A stretch of DNA of 64,000 nt from Kofleriaceae bacterium (GCA_965215005.1 CBDCCZ010000019.1:98574-162573), one strand, 5' to 3'; numbered from the stretch's first letter, positions 42,496 through 52,915 are shown. Numbers and translations: made by a program. Notes: a model not told the origin generated them from the sequence alone.

Positions 42496-44709
42496 GTGAT
42501 CCCCACCGAATCCAACAGCGAAGTCGAAACTCCTCGCGAGAGCGGTGACGAAAACGCCCTGGGTCTGCGCCACTACATCGAGATCGTTCGCAAGCGTATC
42601 TGGATCGTCGCAGCAATCGTCGCTATCGGCGTGACCGCAACGATCGTTTGGACATTGCGGCAGCCAAAGATCTATCAAGCAACCGCGAGCGTGGTGGTCG
42701 ACCCTCAGCCGCCGCAGGTGTTTGGTCCGGCGGTGCAAGAGGTCATTCAGCTCGGCGCGAGCAGCTCGTCCCCGTCGATCGAGTACTACAACACGCAGCT
42801 GCTGATTCTGAAGAAGTACCCGCTGGCGCTCATGACCGTGAAGAAGCCAGCCGCCAAGCCGACGGGCGAGGAGCCGAATACCGATCCGCTATACCTGCGC
42901 ATCGTTCCCCAGCACCCGAGCGATGGTCTCACCGAAGAAGAACGCATTGCCGTGGCTGCCAGCCAGATGATGCGCATGCTCGACGTGCGGCAACGAACCG
43001 AGAGCCGCGTGATCGATGTGCAGGTGCGCAACTCCGATCCGCAGTTAGCCACCGATCTAGCGAATGAGCACATCCGCAGCTACATGGACTGGACGCGCGG
43101 ACTGCGCGTCGAGGGCAGCGATGACACCACCAAGTTTCTCGCTGCCGAGCTCGACCTCGCGGAGAAGTCGCTGCACGAGAGCGAGAAGGAGCTCTATCAG
43201 TTCAAGAAGGACAACGACATCCTGTCCGTGTCCCTGGCCGACAAGCAGAACATCGTTGCCAACGATATCTCGCGCTACACCTCGGCACTCAGCGATGCGC
43301 GCATTCGCCGTATCGAGCTCGCATCGATTCGCCAGCGCGCTCTCGATGCCCAAGACAATGACATTCTCGAGTCGCCCGTCTTCGCGCTCGTAGACAATCA
43401 AGCGACCGCAGATTCGCTCAAAGAGAACTACGTCACGCAGAATCAGCTGTTTCTCGAGCTTGCAGCCAATCTGGGGCCAAAGAACCCCGATTATATCAAG
43501 CAGAAAGCCAAGATCGACCAGCTCTATCAAGCCATTCAACAAGAAGCGCGTCGCGCGATGCTGGAGATCGAGTCGCAATACCAGGCCGCGGTGACCAACG
43601 AGCAGAAGCTCATCGCGGAGGTCGATCGTCTCAAGGAAGAAGCTTTTGCGCTCGGGCCTCTGGCAATCGAGCACAACCGTCTTGAGCGGCGCGAAAAGAG
43701 CGATGAGGAAGCCTACCAGCTGGTTCTCAACCGGCTGCGAACGAGTCAGCTCACCGGCAAGAACAAACAGACCAATATCAGCGAGCATGAGATGTCGCGG
43801 GATACGGACTTGGTCTATCCGCGGCTCGACCTCAACATCGCGCTGGCTGCTGCACTGTCGCTCATGGTCGGTCTCGGCTTGGCCTTCTTGCTCGACTTTC
43901 TCGACCGCAGCCTCAAGAGCGCGGAGGACGTGGAGCGCACGGTTGGCGCGCCGCTCTTGGGCGTGATTCCCATCGTCGACGATGTCAACGGCGAGGGCGA
44001 CGAGGCAATCCGCGACCGCGACCTCTACGTCTTCAACCACCCCACCTCGCGAGCGGCCGAATGCTGCCGCTCGATCCGCACCAACATCTTGTTTAGCTCG
44101 GCCGACAACCCGATGAAGTCGATAACGGTGTCGTCGGGACGGCCCCGCGAAGGCAAGACCACTTCCACGATTTATCTCGGCACCATCATGGCGCAAAGCG
44201 GGCAGCGCGTGCTTCTCGTCGATACCGACCTGCGAAAGCCGCGCTTGCACAAGCCCCTCGGCGTTTCTCGAACGCGGGGTATCACGAATCTAATCCTCGG
44301 CGACGCTTCGCTAGACGACTGCATCAAGACCACCGACATTCCGAATCTGTTCGTGTTGCCGTGTGGGCCGCAGCCGCCCAACCCCGCCGAGCTCCTCCTG
44401 AGCAATCGCTTCAAAGAGGTCATGGAGCAGCTCGAGGAGCGGTTCGATCGAGTGATCTTCGACTCGCCACCGCTGCTGGCAGTCACCGATGGCGCCGTGC
44501 TCGCTCGACTCACCGATGGCGTGGTCATCGTGGCGCAGGCCGGCAAGACCACCCTCGATGACGCCGCCACCAGCGCGCGCACGATCCGCGACGTCAAGGC
44601 GCGCATCATTGGCGTCATCCTCAACGACCTAGACATCTCCCAGCGCAAGTACGGCTACTACACGTACTACTACAACTACAGTGAAGGCGCGGCCGAAGGC
44701 GAATCCTAG
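42496..44709 (+). CDS. wzc: Polysaccharide co-polymerase/tyrosine autokinase
   Basis: Two TMs, Walker A REGKT, DTDLRKP, DSPP and a Tyr-rich tail YGYYTYYYNY. Confidence 0.93.
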   Translation: MIPTESNSEVETPRESGDENALGLRHYIEIVRKRIWIVAAIVAIGVTATIVWTLRQPKIYQATASVVVDPQPPQVFGPAVQEVIQLGASSSSPSIEYYNTQLLILKKYPLALMTVKKPAAKPTGEEPNTDPLYLRIVPQHPSDGLTEEERIAVAASQMMRMLDVRQRTESRVIDVQVRNSDPQLATDLANEHIRSYMDWTRGLRVEGSDDTTKFLAAELDLAEKSLHESEKELYQFKKDNDILSVSLADKQNIVANDISRYTSALSDARIRRIELASIRQRALDAQDNDILESPVFALVDNQATADSLKENYVTQNQLFLELAANLGPKNPDYIKQKAKIDQLYQAIQQEARRAMLEIESQYQAAVTNEQKLIAEVDRLKEEAFALGPLAIEHNRLERREKSDEEAYQLVLNRLRTSQLTGKNKQTNISEHEMSRDTDLVYPRLDLNIALAAALSLMVGLGLAFLLDFLDRSLKSAEDVERTVGAPLLGVIPIVDDVNGEGDEAIRDRDLYVFNHPTSRAAECCRSIRTNILFSSADNPMKSITVSSGRPREGKTTSTIYLGTIMAQSGQRVLLVDTDLRKPRLHKPLGVSRTRGITNLILGDASLDDCIKTTDIPNLFVLPCGPQPPNPAELLLSNRFKEVMEQLEERFDRVIFDSPPLLAVTDGAVLARLTDGVVIVAQAGKTTLDDAATSARTIRDVKARIIGVILNDLDISQRKYGYYTYYYNYSEGAAEGES

Positions 44710-44777
44710 GCCAGAGACATGCACGTCATGAACTCAACAGCGTCTACGATCGATTTTCCGCACGCCTCGGAGGCAAC

Positions 44778-45506
44778 TTGCTGAACGCGGCCACGCAGGG
44801 GCTCAAGCGCCAACTTCGTCTTCTCGAGCGCAGCTTTACCAGCCAACGCAAACGCAAAGCCTTGCTCGCCCGCGAGCGAAGCACGCTGCGCGAGGTATTT
44901 CCCAATCCAGCCGAGACCGCCGCTGCGCTGCAGCGGCTCGAGGACGAGTATCGCGACGATCATCGCGACTACATCGAGAACATATCCAGTCCGCGGGCGG
45001 CTATGTCCCTGCGCCAGGTGGCGCTGCTCGCGCACCTCGTGCGGCTGCGCGGTGAGCGGCTGAAACGCGTTGCCGATCTCGGTTCCGGCTTTTCTTCCTA
45101 TGTGCTCGCGCGCGAATCGCAGCGGCAGGGCTTTGCGCATTTTGCGGTCGATGACCATGAGGGATGGCTCGATAAGACCCGCGCCTTCGCTGAGCGCCGG
45201 GGACTGGCGCTCGATGGGCTCATGACCTGGGATGCATTTCGCGGCGCCGACGGACCGCGAAATCTCGACTTCATCTTTCACGATCTCGGCAACACCACAA
45301 CCAGGATTCTGGCGCTGCCGGTCATCGAAGAATGCGCGGCCGAGGGTGCCTGGCTGCTTGTCGACGACATGCACAAGCCGCACTATGCTCCGCACGCGAT
45401 TGGCTTCTTGAAGCCACGCTGGCACCTGAGTAGCTTGGTCGAGTTCACGCTCGATGACTACGGCCGCTACGCCTACTTGGCGCGCCGCCAAGAGCAGCCG
45501 CGCTAG
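44778..45506 (+). CDS. Class I SAM-dependent methyltransferase
   Basis: DLGSGFS, DFIFHD and LLVDD motifs. Start uncertain. Confidence 0.75.
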   Translation: MLNAATQGLKRQLRLLERSFTSQRKRKALLARERSTLREVFPNPAETAAALQRLEDEYRDDHRDYIENISSPRAAMSLRQVALLAHLVRLRGERLKRVADLGSGFSSYVLARESQRQGFAHFAVDDHEGWLDKTRAFAERRGLALDGLMTWDAFRGADGPRNLDFIFHDLGNTTTRILALPVIEECAAEGAWLLVDDMHKPHYAPHAIGFLKPRWHLSSLVEFTLDDYGRYAYLARRQEQPR

Positions 45507-45539
45507 CCATCGTTTCGCTGCAAGCAAGCACGAGCTTCA

Positions 45540-47102
45540 GTGTCGAAGCACGGAACTACGTCGGCGGAGCGCAACGCCGATCCCATCGAGGGCCCGGATG
45601 CGGTTCCAGCGCCTCCCGCCTCCGCTGCGCGCCATCACGGCGATATCGCCGCGATGCTCACGCGGAACATCTTCACGCACGGCATTGCAGTGGTGCGGCA
45701 GTTCATCATTCTGCCGCTCTTATCACCGGCGCAGCTGGGACTGTTTCGCTTCGTTCAACAGCTGGCCGCCTACTCGCGCTATTTCACGGTTGGCGCGCTC
45801 TCGACGTTCCAGGTGCGCTACCCCGAGTGGCAGGCGGCGGGTCACCATGAGCGCTGCCGCGGCCTGCAAAGTCTAGCGCTCTATCAAACGATCGTCGGCG
45901 CGCTGGTGTTCGCGCCGGTGTTCCTCGGCCTGGTGTGGCACGTAGACATCCCGCCGCGGTTTCTCGTGCCGCTGGCAGCAGTTGCCGCCTTCACGCTGCT
46001 TTCCGATTACGTAGCCTCCACCTACACCGTCCGCGGCGAGTTCCGCACCATGGCCGCGGTGGACCTGGCGGTGTCCATCGGCAGTGTCTTCTTCTTGCTC
46101 GGCGGGCTGTATCTGTTCGGCCTGCCGGGGGTGCTCATCGGTGGGCTCATGGCGCCGTCGCTGCGGGTGCTGATCGGCTGGCGCTACTTCACGTTGTTTT
46201 CCGGCTGGCCCGGCTGGCGACAAGCGTATGACCACGTTCGGTTTGGCACCGGCGTGTGGATCGCCAACACTCTCACCGGCCTTGCGGTCACCCTCGACAT
46301 CATCCTTCTTGGCCTGTTCTACGGCGACACCGCCGACTTGCTCGGCCTCTATGCCGTGGGCGTCATGCTGGCGCAGATCCTCGCCCAAGATCTACGCGCG
46401 GTCACGCTGGTGCAGCAACGCGCATTACGAGTCGAGTTCGGCGCCGAGCGCACGGCGACGTCTGAAGACCTCACCAGTCTCATCGGTCGCTATCTCGGCA
46501 GCGACAGCTTTCTCGGGGTGATCTTCGGTGCCGTGGTGTTGGCTGCGGCGTGGCTTTTGTTTCCGACCATCTTCCCGCAATACGCCGAGTCACTCGAGAG
46601 CCTCGGACCGTTGCTCGCGTCGGTCATCGTGGTCAAGCCGCGCGCTTACACCCGGGTGGTGCTCGAGCAAAGCGATCGGGTGCGCGGCATCATCGTCACC
46701 TCGCTCGTGCAGACCATCGTGTTGGTGGCGAGCTTTCTGCTGATCTACCAGCTCGCGGCCGGAGCGTTTGCCTTTGCCGTCGCACGGCTCCTCTCTTGCG
46801 GAGTGGGAACCGTGATGGAGCTCGTGCTCGCCCACAGCACGCTCGGCCGTGTGCGGCGCGGCTGGCAACTGGCCGGAAAAATGCTCGTGAGCAACGTGCC
46901 GTTGGTGCTTGGGTTTGTCATCTTGCCCGAGCTCATGGGTTCCGCCGCCTGGGCCGTGGTTGGCGCCGTAGGCGCGATAGCGGCCTCTTACCCGTTGTAC
47001 CAACGGCTCTTGGGCGGCTCTGCCCGCGAAGCCATCGACCTACTGCGAGCGGTGGTGCGCAGGCGGCTTCGACAGATCAAGAAGTCTCCATCCGATGCGT
47101 AG
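45540..47102 (+). CDS. Wzx-like oligosaccharide flippase
   Basis: Polytopic membrane protein with LSPAQLG and LGLYAVG motifs, within the polysaccharide cluster. Confidence 0.75.
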   Translation: MSKHGTTSAERNADPIEGPDAVPAPPASAARHHGDIAAMLTRNIFTHGIAVVRQFIILPLLSPAQLGLFRFVQQLAAYSRYFTVGALSTFQVRYPEWQAAGHHERCRGLQSLALYQTIVGALVFAPVFLGLVWHVDIPPRFLVPLAAVAAFTLLSDYVASTYTVRGEFRTMAAVDLAVSIGSVFFLLGGLYLFGLPGVLIGGLMAPSLRVLIGWRYFTLFSGWPGWRQAYDHVRFGTGVWIANTLTGLAVTLDIILLGLFYGDTADLLGLYAVGVMLAQILAQDLRAVTLVQQRALRVEFGAERTATSEDLTSLIGRYLGSDSFLGVIFGAVVLAAAWLLFPTIFPQYAESLESLGPLLASVIVVKPRAYTRVVLEQSDRVRGIIVTSLVQTIVLVASFLLIYQLAAGAFAFAVARLLSCGVGTVMELVLAHSTLGRVRRGWQLAGKMLVSNVPLVLGFVILPELMGSAAWAVVGAVGAIAASYPLYQRLLGGSAREAIDLLRAVVRRRLRQIKKSPSDA

Positions 47103-47144
47103 TCGATCCTCTCGCTCGCCCACCCTCTCCCGGAGCACGCGATC

Positions 47145-49013
47145 ATGTGCGGCATAACCGGCATCGTCGACTTTGCCGGCGGGCCTGTCGATCGCGACCT
47201 CGTCGACGCCATGGCGCACACCCTCGATCATCGCGGTCCCGATGATCGAGGCGTGTTCGTTCACGGCGCCATCGGCCTGGGCCACACCCGCCTGAGCATT
47301 CTCGATCTTTCAGCCGCCGGCCATCAGCCGATGACTCTGGAGGATCGACTAACCCTGGTCTACAACGGCGAGCTCTACAACTTTCGCGAGCTATCCGCCG
47401 AGCTCACCGCGCGCGGCCGGCAGCTGCATACCCGCTGCGACACCGAGGTCGTGCTGCACGCCCTGGACGAATGGGGTACAGAAGCTCTCGCGCGGTTCAG
47501 CGGCATGTTTGCGCTGGCGCTTTGGGACCATCGGGCGCAGCGCCTGCTGCTCGCTCGCGATCGCTTCGGCATCAAGCCGCTGTACCTTGCTGACACCGGC
47601 AGCGGCATCGTCTTTGGCTCGGAGATCAAAGCGCTGCTCGCTTCCGGCAAGGTGAACAAGCGGCTCGATCCGGCGGCGCTGCACGAGTATCTCTATTACG
47701 GCAACGCGCTCGGTCGACGCACCCTCTTCGCCGGCGTTCGTAAGCTTCTGCCCGGCCACGCGCTGCTCATCGATAACGCCGGGCGCCGTGAGCTCAGCTA
47801 TTGGAGCCCAGCGCACCTCGCGCCGTTGCAGCTCTCGGAGGCCGAGGCGGAAGAGGCCGTGCGCAGCGCCCTCGATTCGGCAATCGAGCGCCACCTCATC
47901 AGCGATGTGCCGGTAGGGGTGTTTCTCAGCGGCGGCATCGACTCCTCAGCCATCACGGCCTACGCCAGTCGCCATGTCCGTGAGCTGTCTACGTACTCGG
48001 TGGAGTTCGACTACCAACGCGGCAACAGCGAGCTCGGCCTTGCGCGGCGCGTTGCGCAGCGTTTCGGCACCGATCACCACGAGCTGAAGGTCTCGGCCGG
48101 CGAGGTGCCACAAGTGCTCGAGGCACTGGTGCGCGCCCATGATCAGCCGTTTGGCGATGCTGCCAACATCCCGCTCTATCTTCTTTGTCGCGCGCTGCAG
48201 AACCAGGTCAAGGTGGTGCTGCAAGGCGATGGTGGTGACGAGATATTCGCCGGATATCGCCGCTACAATGTGCTCGCGCGCGAGCGGCTGTGGCGACACC
48301 TCGCGGTCACCGGGAATCGCTATCTTCCCAGCGCAACTCCCAGCGGAGCGCCGCTACTGGCGCGCGCGCGGCGATATCTATCGGCAATTGGGCAACCCGA
48401 TGCGGCCACTCGAATGGCGCTACTGCTCACCGTCGAGACCTTGCAGCCGCCGCCCACCGCCGTGCTCACGCCGCATGCGCGCCAGTGGATCGAGGCCAGC
48501 GATCCATTCGCACGGTATCGCGAGGTCGCAGCAGCGCTGCCGCCACTCGATGCGCTGCAGACCATGCTGATGGTCGATGCCAGCATCATCTTGCCCGACA
48601 TCTTTCTCGAGAAAGTGGATCGCGCGACCATGGCGCACGGCATCGAGGTGCGGGTGCCACTGTTAGACGCGGAGCTTACGGAGCTGGTCATGGCGCTTCC
48701 GGGGCACCTCAAGGTGCGCGGGCTACAGAAGAAATACCTGCTCAAGAAAGCCCTTCGCGGCACGGTTCCAGACGAGGTGCTCGATGGCAAGAAGCGCGGG
48801 TTTGGCGTGCCCTACAGCGGCTGGCTGCGCACGTCATTGGCCGGTTACCTGCGGGATGAGGTGCTGAGCAGCGGCTTGACGGCTGAGCTGCTCGATCGCG
48901 CCGCCGTCACCCGGCTCATCGACGAGCACGTGAGCGGCCAACGCGACCACGGATTTTTGCTCTACAAGCTGCTCAACCTGGTGGTTTGGGACCGGTTGTG
49001 CGTGCGCGCATAG
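47145..49013 (+). CDS. asnB: Asparagine synthase-like glutamine amidotransferase
   Basis: MCGI, HRGPDD, RDRFGIKPL, LSGGIDSS and GDGGDE motifs. Confidence 0.93.
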   Translation: MCGITGIVDFAGGPVDRDLVDAMAHTLDHRGPDDRGVFVHGAIGLGHTRLSILDLSAAGHQPMTLEDRLTLVYNGELYNFRELSAELTARGRQLHTRCDTEVVLHALDEWGTEALARFSGMFALALWDHRAQRLLLARDRFGIKPLYLADTGSGIVFGSEIKALLASGKVNKRLDPAALHEYLYYGNALGRRTLFAGVRKLLPGHALLIDNAGRRELSYWSPAHLAPLQLSEAEAEEAVRSALDSAIERHLISDVPVGVFLSGGIDSSAITAYASRHVRELSTYSVEFDYQRGNSELGLARRVAQRFGTDHHELKVSAGEVPQVLEALVRAHDQPFGDAANIPLYLLCRALQNQVKVVLQGDGGDEIFAGYRRYNVLARERLWRHLAVTGNRYLPSATPSGAPLLARARRYLSAIGQPDAATRMALLLTVETLQPPPTAVLTPHARQWIEASDPFARYREVAAALPPLDALQTMLMVDASIILPDIFLEKVDRATMAHGIEVRVPLLDAELTELVMALPGHLKVRGLQKKYLLKKALRGTVPDEVLDGKKRGFGVPYSGWLRTSLAGYLRDEVLSSGLTAELLDRAAVTRLIDEHVSGQRDHGFLLYKLLNLVVWDRLCVRA

Positions 49014-49027
49014 CAGCTCGTAAACCG

Positions 49028-49630
49028 CTACTGAACCGTCACCGGAAAGCTGACCTGTGCGTCGGTGCTGCCTCCAATCGCCGCGAACCCGCCGTCACGC
49101 ACTTCTGCGGCCAGCTCGGCCGTCTTAGCCGGCTCATCGTTCAGCGGTGGCAGGTGTCGCAACGTCACGATGAGCTCGCCGGTTCCCTCTATGGCATTGA
49201 CCGAGAGAGTGAGCCCAATCGGCAGAGCATTACGATCTTGATCGCTATAGGTGAGCATGAGCGGCGCACCGGGATTTGCTGTGGCGGGGCCATCAACGGC
49301 GGAGCCGGTGAAGAACAGCTGATGTTCATCACCCTCGTCGGCGACCTCCGCGGTGATGTCTTCGGCCGGCATCTCGAGCCGGTTTTCCAACCCCACGGCC
49401 AGCGAATAGATCCCCGGCGCCAGCTCGATGGAGTCCACCGTGGGAGCAGCGCCTCCGTCGCCATCGGGATCATCGATCTCGAAAGTCATCGGCACACCAT
49501 CTGCGGCGGGGGTGAACGTGAGCGTCACCGTGGTGATGACCTCATTCTCGTTGTCTGCAAGGTCGGAGTCGCCGCCACACGCAGCTGTTGCTAGCAACGC
49601 GGTGATCATCATCTTGTATGTACTCTTCAT
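49028..49630 (-). CDS. Lipoprotein associated with the TonB-dependent receptor
   Basis: TAAC lipobox; EVITTV, DPDGDGG, EHQLFF and LRH motifs. Confidence 0.8.
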   Translation of the reverse strand: MKSTYKMMITALLATAACGGDSDLADNENEVITTVTLTFTPAADGVPMTFEIDDPDGDGGAAPTVDSIELAPGIYSLAVGLENRLEMPAEDITAEVADEGDEHQLFFTGSAVDGPATANPGAPLMLTYSDQDRNALPIGLTLSVNAIEGTGELIVTLRHLPPLNDEPAKTAELAAEVRDGGFAAIGGSTDAQVSFPVTVQ

Positions 49631-49669
49631 GATCGGATCCCTTTCGATGGTTCATGAGCCAACGCGGCT

Positions 49670-52219
49670 CTAATTCTCGGAGGAGAAGTGCGCGCTCAGC
49701 CGCACCATGAGCTGCCAACCGGGCTGGTCCGCGAAGTAGCGGAGCAGGCTCGTATAGTCGCGGTACCGCGTGTTCAAGAGGTTGCTGCCCGCGACGGCCA
49801 GCTCGACCTCGTGGCCACCGAGCATCGCTTCGGCGCCAACCTCGGCATCGAGTAAGAAATAGCTATCGGGCGGCGGCGCTAAATCTGCCGTTGGCTCGTA
49901 GCGGTCCTGCCGCGCCACGTAGGTTCCCGCAACCATTGCGGAGCCGCCGTGAAGACCCAGAAACGGCCCGCGGCGGTAGGTCAACGAGCCACGCGCGCGA
50001 TCCGGCGGGATGAAAGCCAGAAAGCTGTCGTCCGAAACATTGCGCGCGCGAACGAGTGAAACCTGTCCCGCCGCGTCGAGTGAAACCTGTCCCGCCGCGT
50101 CGAGCGACGGCAACAGGTTGATCGTCACCCCGCCATCGGCGCCGTAGAACACCGCGTCGACGGAGCGCGTGATGAAGCGTGGAAAGGTGCCACGGATGAG
50201 CACGTCGAAGATGGGCTCGCCGTTGGCATCGACGGCGGGCGCAAACTGAATGTAGTCGGAGATGAAGTTGCTGTACACCGAGGCCTCGCCAGCCACGCGA
50301 TTGCCGTTGAACGTGGTGGTCAGCGATGCGGAGTAGGTGGTCTCGGGGCCGAGGTCCGGCTTGCCGAGTCCGAGCACCGGAAAGCTCGGCGCCGTGCCGT
50401 TGAGATACTGCTCATCGGGGTTGGGCGGTCGCGACGCGGTCGACAGATCCAACTTGATCGCCCACGGCGCCGTCAGCTGGAGCAGGCCACCCACCGAGGC
50501 CGAGATGGTGTGAAAGGTGGAATCGCACCCGACTGGATCACTCTCGCCGGTGCCACACGCATCGGCGGCAAGCTGGTCGCTGCGCACCAGCCGCAGAAAG
50601 TCTCGTCGGTCCAGAGAGGCCGAGCGCGCGGTTGCATCGTAACGAAGACCAGCTTCGAGCTCGAAGTCGTGGCCGATCAGCCGCTCAAGGGCATACACAC
50701 CGCCCGACCAGGCTTGATGGTCAGGAACCAACGAAAACCCGCTGTAGCGGTGGTTTTGCGCCATGACGAGCAATCCCGCCGCACCGTCGAGATGGACGTG
50801 GTTATTCAGATGCACCGGCACATGCTCGACCTTGACGTCGAGGTCGTGGGTGGTGAGCCGGAAATCGAGCTGCGGGCCGCTCGCCGAACGGACGATCTCG
50901 TACTCGCGCCGGTGGTCATACTGCAGCGCGTAGGTGGCGGTGAGCGCGCCGACACCCGGTAGCGGCCAATGGCCGCGCGCAATCGCCAGATCGTGCGCCA
51001 CCGCTTGGTAGGGACGATCGATGGCAAACGAAGATCGGTACGAGTCGGCGTCGATAGGTCGCTCGCGCGCGAGCTGCGCAAAGAAATCCTCGCTCGATTC
51101 GATGCGCAAGCAGCGACATACGCCGAGCTCTGCGCCGTAGTGGCGATACGACAGCTGATACTTGGAGTCGCCGGCGCGGTAGCCAATCGCGGCGCCGGTG
51201 TTCCATTCGAGCGCGCCGGTGTTATCGAGCGGATAGTTTGGCGTCATCGGCGCCGCCAGACGCTTGAAGCTGCCCTCGAGCTGAAACCCCAGCCCCGGCA
51301 GCTCCGCGGTGGCGGCTTGCACGCGGGCCGCCGCGCCAGCACCTGGTCCGTAGCTGCCAAACAGGTGCAGCTGGCCTTCATAACCGGGCTCGAAGCGAAG
51401 CCGCGGCGGGTCGACGAGAATGGCGCCGCCGATCGCATCGGGGCCGTATTGCACTCCTGCAGCGCCTCGCACCACGGTGATGCGATCGGCGATGAAGGGA
51501 TCGATCTCAGGCACGTGGTCGATACCCCAATCTTGCGAGCGGTGTCGGATGCCATCGACCAACATCAGCAGACGGCGGCCGAACTGACCGCGGACGATAG
51601 GCTTGGCCATGCCACTACCGCTTCGGAGCTCGCTCACGCCAGGCACCTCGGCAATGGCGGCAGACAATGACTCGCCGCGAGTGCGTTGCAAGGCATCGCC
51701 CGAGAGCACGGCCGTTGAGCGCATGTCGATGGTGGGGGCCTCGCCTTCCATGACGATGACTTCGCCGGAAGCGGATAGCTCGAGCTCGAGCGATAGCGCG
51801 GTTGCGTCGCGGCTTTCTGCGATGGCGAGCTCTTCGCGTCGCAAGTCGTAGCCAATGCGCTCGACCTCGATCACGCGCACGCCTGGACACAACCCGCCGA
51901 GGGAGAACCGCCCGTTTGCTTCGGTCATCGCCGCAGCTTGACCATCGACTTGAATGACAGCGCCGGCGATGGGCTCGTGGGTGGCCGCGTCGACGACGTG
52001 GCCGTCGACGGTGGCGATGCACGTGGCTGCCGCTGTTGGCTCGGATCGATCCGCCGGTGTCGGCGCGGTCGCTGCCATAGGTGCCGCTACAGGTGCTCGC
52101 GGCGGCGCCGCGCAGCCCACGAACGCAGCAAACGCCGCGCACGCAACGATGCGACGTATTCGATGAAACTCACGCAAAAATCGCCCCACCACCGGCGGGG
52201 AGGACGTACTGCAACGCAT
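49670..52219 (-). CDS. TonB-dependent receptor with N-terminal carboxypeptidase-regulatory-like domain
   Basis: KPIVRG, DHVPEIDP, YGPDAIGG plug motifs and NLLNTRYRDY near the C-terminus. Confidence 0.93.
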   Translation of the reverse strand: MRCSTSSPPVVGRFLREFHRIRRIVACAAFAAFVGCAAPPRAPVAAPMAATAPTPADRSEPTAAATCIATVDGHVVDAATHEPIAGAVIQVDGQAAAMTEANGRFSLGGLCPGVRVIEVERIGYDLRREELAIAESRDATALSLELELSASGEVIVMEGEAPTIDMRSTAVLSGDALQRTRGESLSAAIAEVPGVSELRSGSGMAKPIVRGQFGRRLLMLVDGIRHRSQDWGIDHVPEIDPFIADRITVVRGAAGVQYGPDAIGGAILVDPPRLRFEPGYEGQLHLFGSYGPGAGAAARVQAATAELPGLGFQLEGSFKRLAAPMTPNYPLDNTGALEWNTGAAIGYRAGDSKYQLSYRHYGAELGVCRCLRIESSEDFFAQLARERPIDADSYRSSFAIDRPYQAVAHDLAIARGHWPLPGVGALTATYALQYDHRREYEIVRSASGPQLDFRLTTHDLDVKVEHVPVHLNNHVHLDGAAGLLVMAQNHRYSGFSLVPDHQAWSGGVYALERLIGHDFELEAGLRYDATARSASLDRRDFLRLVRSDQLAADACGTGESDPVGCDSTFHTISASVGGLLQLTAPWAIKLDLSTASRPPNPDEQYLNGTAPSFPVLGLGKPDLGPETTYSASLTTTFNGNRVAGEASVYSNFISDYIQFAPAVDANGEPIFDVLIRGTFPRFITRSVDAVFYGADGGVTINLLPSLDAAGQVSLDAAGQVSLVRARNVSDDSFLAFIPPDRARGSLTYRRGPFLGLHGGSAMVAGTYVARQDRYEPTADLAPPPDSYFLLDAEVGAEAMLGGHEVELAVAGSNLLNTRYRDYTSLLRYFADQPGWQLMVRLSAHFSSEN
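50053..50104. repeat. Perfect 24-bp in-frame tandem duplication (SLDAAGQV x2)
   Basis: CGAGTGAAACCTGTCCCGCCGCGT x2. Confidence 0.95.
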
Positions 52220-52398
52220 CGGCTCTCTTCCAGCGCTACCCTCGACTGCTCGCTCAGCAGCGAGGGCGTCGCGACCTCAAAGCGGCCGCTGCGCGATGCG
52301 GTTCCACCGATCACGTCGGTGGGTACGCAGCGCACTCAGCCATCAACGTTCAGCAGGGATCAACATCCCAACCGAAAACGCGCGTGTAGAGTCTGCGA

Positions 52399-52815
52399 TT
52401 ACGCGGGTGGTGACTGCTTGGGAGCCAAGCGGTGAATCGCCTGGCCAGACAGCACCGCGATTCGGAAGGGCATCGCGGGCGCAGCATCGGCGGCCGGCAG
52501 CGGCGCAGCGGCGGCAGCGGCGGCAGCAAAATACAGGGGCGTGCGCGTCACAGCGCCGAGGTGACAATGCTCGTGCTCGCTCGTCGACGAGTCGCTGCCG
52601 GGCCGCACGGCGAGCTCCAGCGCAGCAAGCGACGGCGCCGGGTCCGTTACATGACCAGCGGAGCCTACGTGCTCGAGCGTGCCGTGCTCGGCGCAGACCC
52701 GATGACGCACGACCGCGTTGTGGGCCATCTCGCCGAGCTGGCCGCCCACGAAAATGAGCACCGCGGCGATGCCGAGGGCCGCGCGGGCTCTTCTTTGTGG
52801 GTCGCTGAAACGCAC
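52399..52815 (-). CDS. DUF2946-like His/Cys-rich leader protein
   Basis: N-terminal hydrophobic segment, HRVCAEHG..EH, EHEHCH and C-terminal LAPKQSPPA; directly upstream of the TBDR. Start GTG 52815 is inferred. Confidence 0.7.
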   Translation of the reverse strand: MRFSDPQRRARAALGIAAVLIFVGGQLGEMAHNAVVRHRVCAEHGTLEHVGSAGHVTDPAPSLAALELAVRPGSDSSTSEHEHCHLGAVTRTPLYFAAAAAAAAPLPAADAAPAMPFRIAVLSGQAIHRLAPKQSPPA

Positions 52816-52915
52816 GCTTGCCGCACAGCATAGGCGCAGTAGCCGCACGCCGGCAAGCAAAGCGCACTGGCGGCCCCAGAGACGGCGCCGCCAGCGACAG
52901 CTCACGGCGGCAAGC

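Noticed and set aside
43057..44250. Long antisense ORFs (also 35781-36644, 44706-45527, 62618-63532, 18359-19252)
   Set aside because: Shadow ORFs opposite well-supported genes in high-GC DNA.
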